From an uncultured Nitrososphaerota archaeon (GTDB lineage Archaea; Thermoproteota; Nitrososphaeria; Conexivisphaerales; DTJL01), in the NCBI GenBank assembly GCA_963842885.1, contig CAWJIE010000004.1, forward strand, positions 192,001 to 256,000: a DNA stretch of 64,000 bases, given 5' to 3'. Both the position numbers and the translations under genes were made by a program. The notes below the pieces were generated by a model that was given only the letters and a program-made list of their open reading frames with translations, was not told the DNA's origin and did no database searches. Of the stretch, positions 60,328 to 64,000 are shown piece after piece. The first letter of the stretch is position 1. The number at the start of each line of letters is the position of its first letter.

Positions 60328-60474
60328 GTCCTGCGCGTCGGCATGATTCCGGACGACCCTTTAGACCTTATCCCGGGAATAGCACTGGTTTCCGTCGGAC
60401 AAGTCTCGACGGCGAACGTGGAGGTCTGTAGTTTGGGCCAAGCTTAATAGCCGCAGTCGTGAGATTTCAGACCC

Positions 60475-60633
60475 ATGCCAGTCTGCGACGTCTGCGGCAA
60501 GGTCGTGAGCAGCCTGCGCAAGCACAAAGAAAGGGGGCGCTGCGGCAAGAAGGGGGCCAAGAAGGTCGCCGGCCCGATGCCCGGGAGCCCGCAGGAGACC
60601 CTTGCAAGATACAGCCGACTGGGCGGGCGTTAG
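60475..60633 (+). CDS. 52-aa basic zinc-finger microprotein (below the ORF-track cutoff)
   Basis: MPVCDVCGKVVSSLRKHKERGRCGKKGAKK...; TATA-like CTTAATA ~30 nt upstream. Confidence 0.6.
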   Translation: MPVCDVCGKVVSSLRKHKERGRCGKKGAKKVAGPMPGSPQETLARYSRLGGR

Positions 60634-60734
60634 TGCCCTCCCATCGTTTCGACGGTTCCGGAGCTATCGACTGGAAGGCGTAATGGCTGATCAGATTCCT
60701 GACGGATAGTCATGAACCTATCTGACTGAAGAGA

Positions 60735-60829
60735 TGGTAGCGAGGAGTGGATTTGAACCACTGCTCTGCGGGTGTCTCAACCATCGGTTTATGAGCCCGC
60801 CGGGATAGGCCTGGCTTCCCCACCTCGCT
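60735..60829 (-). tRNA. Initiator tRNA-Met(CAU) with a 16-nt canonical intron
   Basis: A1:U72 pair (AGCGAGG/CCTCGCT), GCGGG CT CAT A [intron] A CCCGC with three consecutive G-C pairs, CCA encoded. Confidence 0.92.
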
Positions 60830-60888
60830 AAGAATGACTATTCAAGGTTTGCCAATCGTTCGGTATTAAAGTTTTGTGGAGCTGCCCG

Positions 60889-62196
60889 TCAGAGTTCGTA
60901 GGGCAGCGTCGCAGGCTTGCTAAGATGGCGTCGAGCTCGGGGCGGAACGGCGTAGAGTCCAGGAGAGATGGCTCTCTCGAGCTTCACCTTGATTGGCTGC
61001 AACGACATGGACTTGAATTTGCAGGCTGGGCACTGGAATCCCTTCCCCTTGCCTTCCGATTTCATGGTCTTCCCGCACTCGGGGCAGCCGGGATTCCTCG
61101 TGACCTCCAAGGTGGTCAGGGAGAGGACCTCCATCTTCTCGACGTTGATGGTCAGAGGGGTGACCGGTTTCTCCTTGACGCCGCCATAGACTCTCACAGC
61201 ATCGCCGGGCACAAGCGCCCTGCCGACGTCTCTGAAGCCCCTAGTGGGCTCGTAGATGGCACAGTCGACGGAGCCGCTGTCGTCTTTTATCCTGAATATC
61301 AGGTGGCCGCCGCGGATGACATGGGGCTTGGCGCACACGATGCCGGAGACCTTGACGGTGGTCAGAGGCGTTATCTTCCCAGCCTTGGCGTCGGAGATGT
61401 GGGCGTCGGTGGCTTGATTGGTTTCGTAAATCTGGAAGCGTTCGACGGGCTGAAGTGGCTTCACCAAGCTGAAGGCTCGCTCCAGATAGTGCGGTTTGAA
61501 TGCTCGAATGCCGAAGTAGACCGGGCAGGGAGTGTGCGGCATTATCCTGACCTCGCCGGTGTTCTTGTCCAGGTTGTCGAAGGTGAAGGGGTAGGTGGCG
61601 TCGTTCATGGCAACTATGGACCCCAGCTCCATCTCTCTCCGGGTCCCGACGAACTGGGGGGTGCGATAGGCTATCAGCTCGTATGTGCGGCCGTATTCCA
61701 ACCGGTTGCCTATCGCGGCTAGGGCGCCGATGATGCCGCGACCCAGCTTGAACTTGTGGACCTCTATTCCCAGCGAGTCCGCCACCGCGTCCGCATCCTC
61801 GATGGTCATCATCTCCTTGACCACCCGAGAGGAGAACTCGCCGAGGGAGACTGGTATCTCTTCGCCCACGAAGAAGGCGACGCCAGACTCCGTCCCTTCG
61901 TCGTCCAGCATGGCCATCTCCTTGACGCGTTTGAGGACCAGCTCCTTGATCTGGGGCATGATGGCCGGAGAGGCGCGGAACTTGAACGACAGGGCGGCGT
62001 TCCCTCTAGTCTTGAAGGGGCAGTTGGGGTTCAGTCGGATGAGCCGGGGGAAGCCCTCCAATTCCAGGCCGAAAGTGCTTTCAATCTCGTCGATGAGGAC
62101 GGCCGCGAGATAAGTCGTGCACATGCCTTCGGAGGAGTCTGTGTCGTCCAGACCGACATGGAGGAGGGGAAGCAGGGTCTCCTTCTTTGACGCCAA
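60889..62196 (-). CDS. tiaS: tRNA(Ile2) 2-agmatinylcytidine synthetase
   Basis: GLDDTDSSEGMCTTY, LIRLNPNCPFKTRGNAA, PHTPCPVYFGIR, TNQATDAH, YEPT, zinc ribbon, RRHLSKP. Confidence 0.95.
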   Translation of the reverse strand: MASKKETLLPLLHVGLDDTDSSEGMCTTYLAAVLIDEIESTFGLELEGFPRLIRLNPNCPFKTRGNAALSFKFRASPAIMPQIKELVLKRVKEMAMLDDEGTESGVAFFVGEEIPVSLGEFSSRVVKEMMTIEDADAVADSLGIEVHKFKLGRGIIGALAAIGNRLEYGRTYELIAYRTPQFVGTRREMELGSIVAMNDATYPFTFDNLDKNTGEVRIMPHTPCPVYFGIRAFKPHYLERAFSLVKPLQPVERFQIYETNQATDAHISDAKAGKITPLTTVKVSGIVCAKPHVIRGGHLIFRIKDDSGSVDCAIYEPTRGFRDVGRALVPGDAVRVYGGVKEKPVTPLTINVEKMEVLSLTTLEVTRNPGCPECGKTMKSEGKGKGFQCPACKFKSMSLQPIKVKLERAISPGLYAVPPRARRHLSKPATLPYEL

Positions 62197-62668
62197 GGGT
62201 CGATTCTCCCTCTCCAGTATTGATTATTTGAGCATATGGTTGGGGGAAAAGTCGTCTAACCCTCCCTTATCTGCGTCCGCCCACGCCAGCGCTCCCGGCT
62301 TGGTCGATTTCATGCATGTCCAGCGACGGAGGCTTTGAACTAGCGGTGTGATGATGGGAAAGTGCGGCTGAGGGCTACCAGTGTCATTCATGCTCTCCTC
62401 TCAGTGCCTTGGGCTGTCTTGAGCGGAAGGTTGGCATCCCAAACTTACGTAGATTGGTCAGGAGTGAAAGCTTCCGAGTCATCCTGGTCTTGATCCTCTG
62501 CTGTCATGGCGAGACTTGTATGCCGGCCAAGGCGACACTCTTTGACACCCCTTACGGGAGGATTTGCGGCCCACCAGACGACGGGCTGATGATTTCTTTG
62601 GCTCGTTAACAGGCTGTCTTGACACCCTCCCCACGGCACTCAGAGCCTGTATAGTGAGTTTTTTGAGG

Positions 62669-62774
62669 TGTCAAAAGGTGTCGACAGGGTGCCGGCCAAA
62701 GTGTCGACACGGTGTCGACACCCCGTCAACAGGGTGTCGCGCAAGAGCCGACACCCGCCATGACGGTGTCAGAC
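62669..62774. repeat. Non-coding tandem array of TGTCGACA-like 8-bp palindromes with ~11-bp period
   Basis: Units start at 62669, 62679, 62690, 62702, 62713, 62724, 62735, 62746, 62767; outliers at 62521-62547 and 62604-62624. Confidence 0.8.
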
Positions 62775-63037
62775 CAAGGGCAGGGGAAGGCCGGGTCCTT
62801 CCAAGTCCGACAAATAGGACTCGAACCCAATTCGGTACGAACCCCTTCGGGCCCACCACTCGGATCCCAATCCTGAATCAGAGTTAGTTCCTATCCTCCT
62901 GACGCCAGTCAAATCCCCATTTCTGCTGGGGGGTTCTTGCTTGGCCTCTCGGTCGACATCGGAGCCAGTTATGCAACCTTTTCATCTATGCTGATTGAGT
63001 CTAATGAATAGAAGGGAAAACTCGTCAGAACAGGGGC

Positions 63038-63271
63038 CTACTCTTCGACCACTATCATCGTCAGAGTGGAGCGTACCTTCTCCAGTCGCCTTATGTGCCA
63101 GGTGATGGTCTCCTTGACCTTCTCCATCGTGTCGGCTTCGACCTTCAAGATGAGATCGTACACACCGTACACCACGTAGACCTCCGTGACGTTTGTTATC
63201 TTCTTCACTTCGGCGACGAGCTCCTCCTCCGCGCCCAAATCGGCGTTAATCAGGACGAAAGCCTTTGGCAA
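63038..63271 (-). CDS. Stand-alone Lrp/AsnC ligand-binding (RAM) domain protein
   Basis: AFVLIN, VYGVYDLILKVEA, IRRLEKVRSTLTMIV; no HTH. Confidence 0.88.
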   Translation of the reverse strand: MPKAFVLINADLGAEEELVAEVKKITNVTEVYVVYGVYDLILKVEADTMEKVKETITWHIRRLEKVRSTLTMIVVEE

Positions 63272-63334
63272 TACTATCTGCCTAGCAGATTAATAGAAGG
63301 TGATTTTAAGCATTTGGGAGAATCGCAGAGAAAA

Positions 63335-63878
63335 ATGAGCGATGAAGAGCCGGGAAAAGCTAAACTGTTCGTGCTACACCTGCGGCAGGACGATCCCTCC
63401 AAGTGCACGGCGTCGAAGCTCAGGCGCCTGGGCAAGGTAGGCTTCCTCTCCAGGCACAGCCAACGCGGGCTGCTGCTCGACCCGTACTGCGATACCTCCA
63501 TTTCCCGCACCGACAGGGAGACGGTGCTCTCGGAAGGCCTCACGGCGATCGACGCCAGCTGGAAGAAGGCCGTCGAATCGTTCAAAGGCATCAGATGGAG
63601 GAGGCGATCGTCGGCGGGCGCTCCCCTATCTCGTCGCGGCTAACCCGACCAACTACGGCATCCCGGTGAACCTCTCGACCGCCGAAGCGCTGGCCGCGGG
63701 GCTCTTCATCGTGGGGCTCGGCGAACAGGCGGAGGAGGTCATGGGCTCTTTCAGGTGGGGTCACTCCTTCTTCGAGCTCAACCTGAAGTACCTGGAGGCG
63801 TACCGCAGGGCCGATTCCAGCTCCGGCGTCGTCGAAGCCCAGCGGGCATTCATGAGGGAGCTGGGCTTTGCAGTCTAA
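63335..63878 (+). CDS. tsr3: Tsr3 / DUF367 rRNA aminocarboxypropyltransferase (frameshift ~63615)
   Basis: QDDPSKCTASKL, IDASW, then PYLVAANPTNYG, LSTAEALAA, FRWGHSFFELN. Confidence 0.9.
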
Positions 63879-63919
63879 CCTTTAAATCGTGGGGAACGTC
63901 GGAGCTAGCCCGAGGATGT

Positions 63920-64000
63920 GAGCTGGTGGGCAGGTTCGGGGCGAATAGCCCTGAGGAAGCTCCTCCCTCCGTGCAGGAGACGCGGCGTTGAGAGACGCAG
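63920..64000 (+). ncRNA. rnpB: RNase P RNA, 5' part (truncated by window end)
   Basis: GGGGC GAATA GCCCT hairpin (P3-like) followed by GAGGAAGCTCC (CR-I variant of GAGGAAAGUCC); TTTAAA box at ~63881. Confidence 0.7.

Noticed and set aside
62564-62887. CRISPR array or protein-coding repeat explaining the 62.7-kb repeats
   Set aside because: Units are 8 bp with 2-4 bp spacers, no cas genes are present, the ~11-bp period does not fit codon repeats, and the overlapping ORFs have no recognisable features

Overview
High-GC archaeal chromosomal segment. The gene set (eL13, TFE, aTrm56, MBF1, NAC, TiaS, pelota, archaeal DnaG, stand-alone 5S rRNA, multi-intron tRNAs) points to a TACK lineage, probably a non-ammonia-oxidising Nitrososphaerota relative (inference). 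It holds housekeeping/translation genes, five tRNAs (Tyr with three introns, Ser, Trp with two introns, Pro, initiator Met), SRP RNA, 5S rRNA and the 5' end of RNase P RNA. A 19-kb catabolic block (2-oxoacid:ferredoxin oxidoreductase, proline dehydrogenase, beta-oxidation/ETF, nucleoside ABC importer) lies between tRNA-Tyr and tRNA-Ser, and a Mo-hydroxylase (cox-like) cluster lies near the end. About 15 genes, several essential, carry small frameshifts that are most likely sequencing errors. No CRISPR array, integrase or transposase was seen. The best candidate for an undescribed system is a nucleotide-homeostasis locus. In it, a class II RNR (nrdJ) lies tail-to-tail with a wHTH + ATP-cone + catalytically dead class III RNR protein (a putative NrdR-analogous dNTP-sensing regulator), followed by a kinase/N-deoxyribosyltransferase fusion and a Nudix gene. 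TGTYRACA-like boxes upstream of nrdJ recur as an ~11-bp-phased non-coding array at 62.67-62.77 kb. All calls are from visual reading; no database searches were run.
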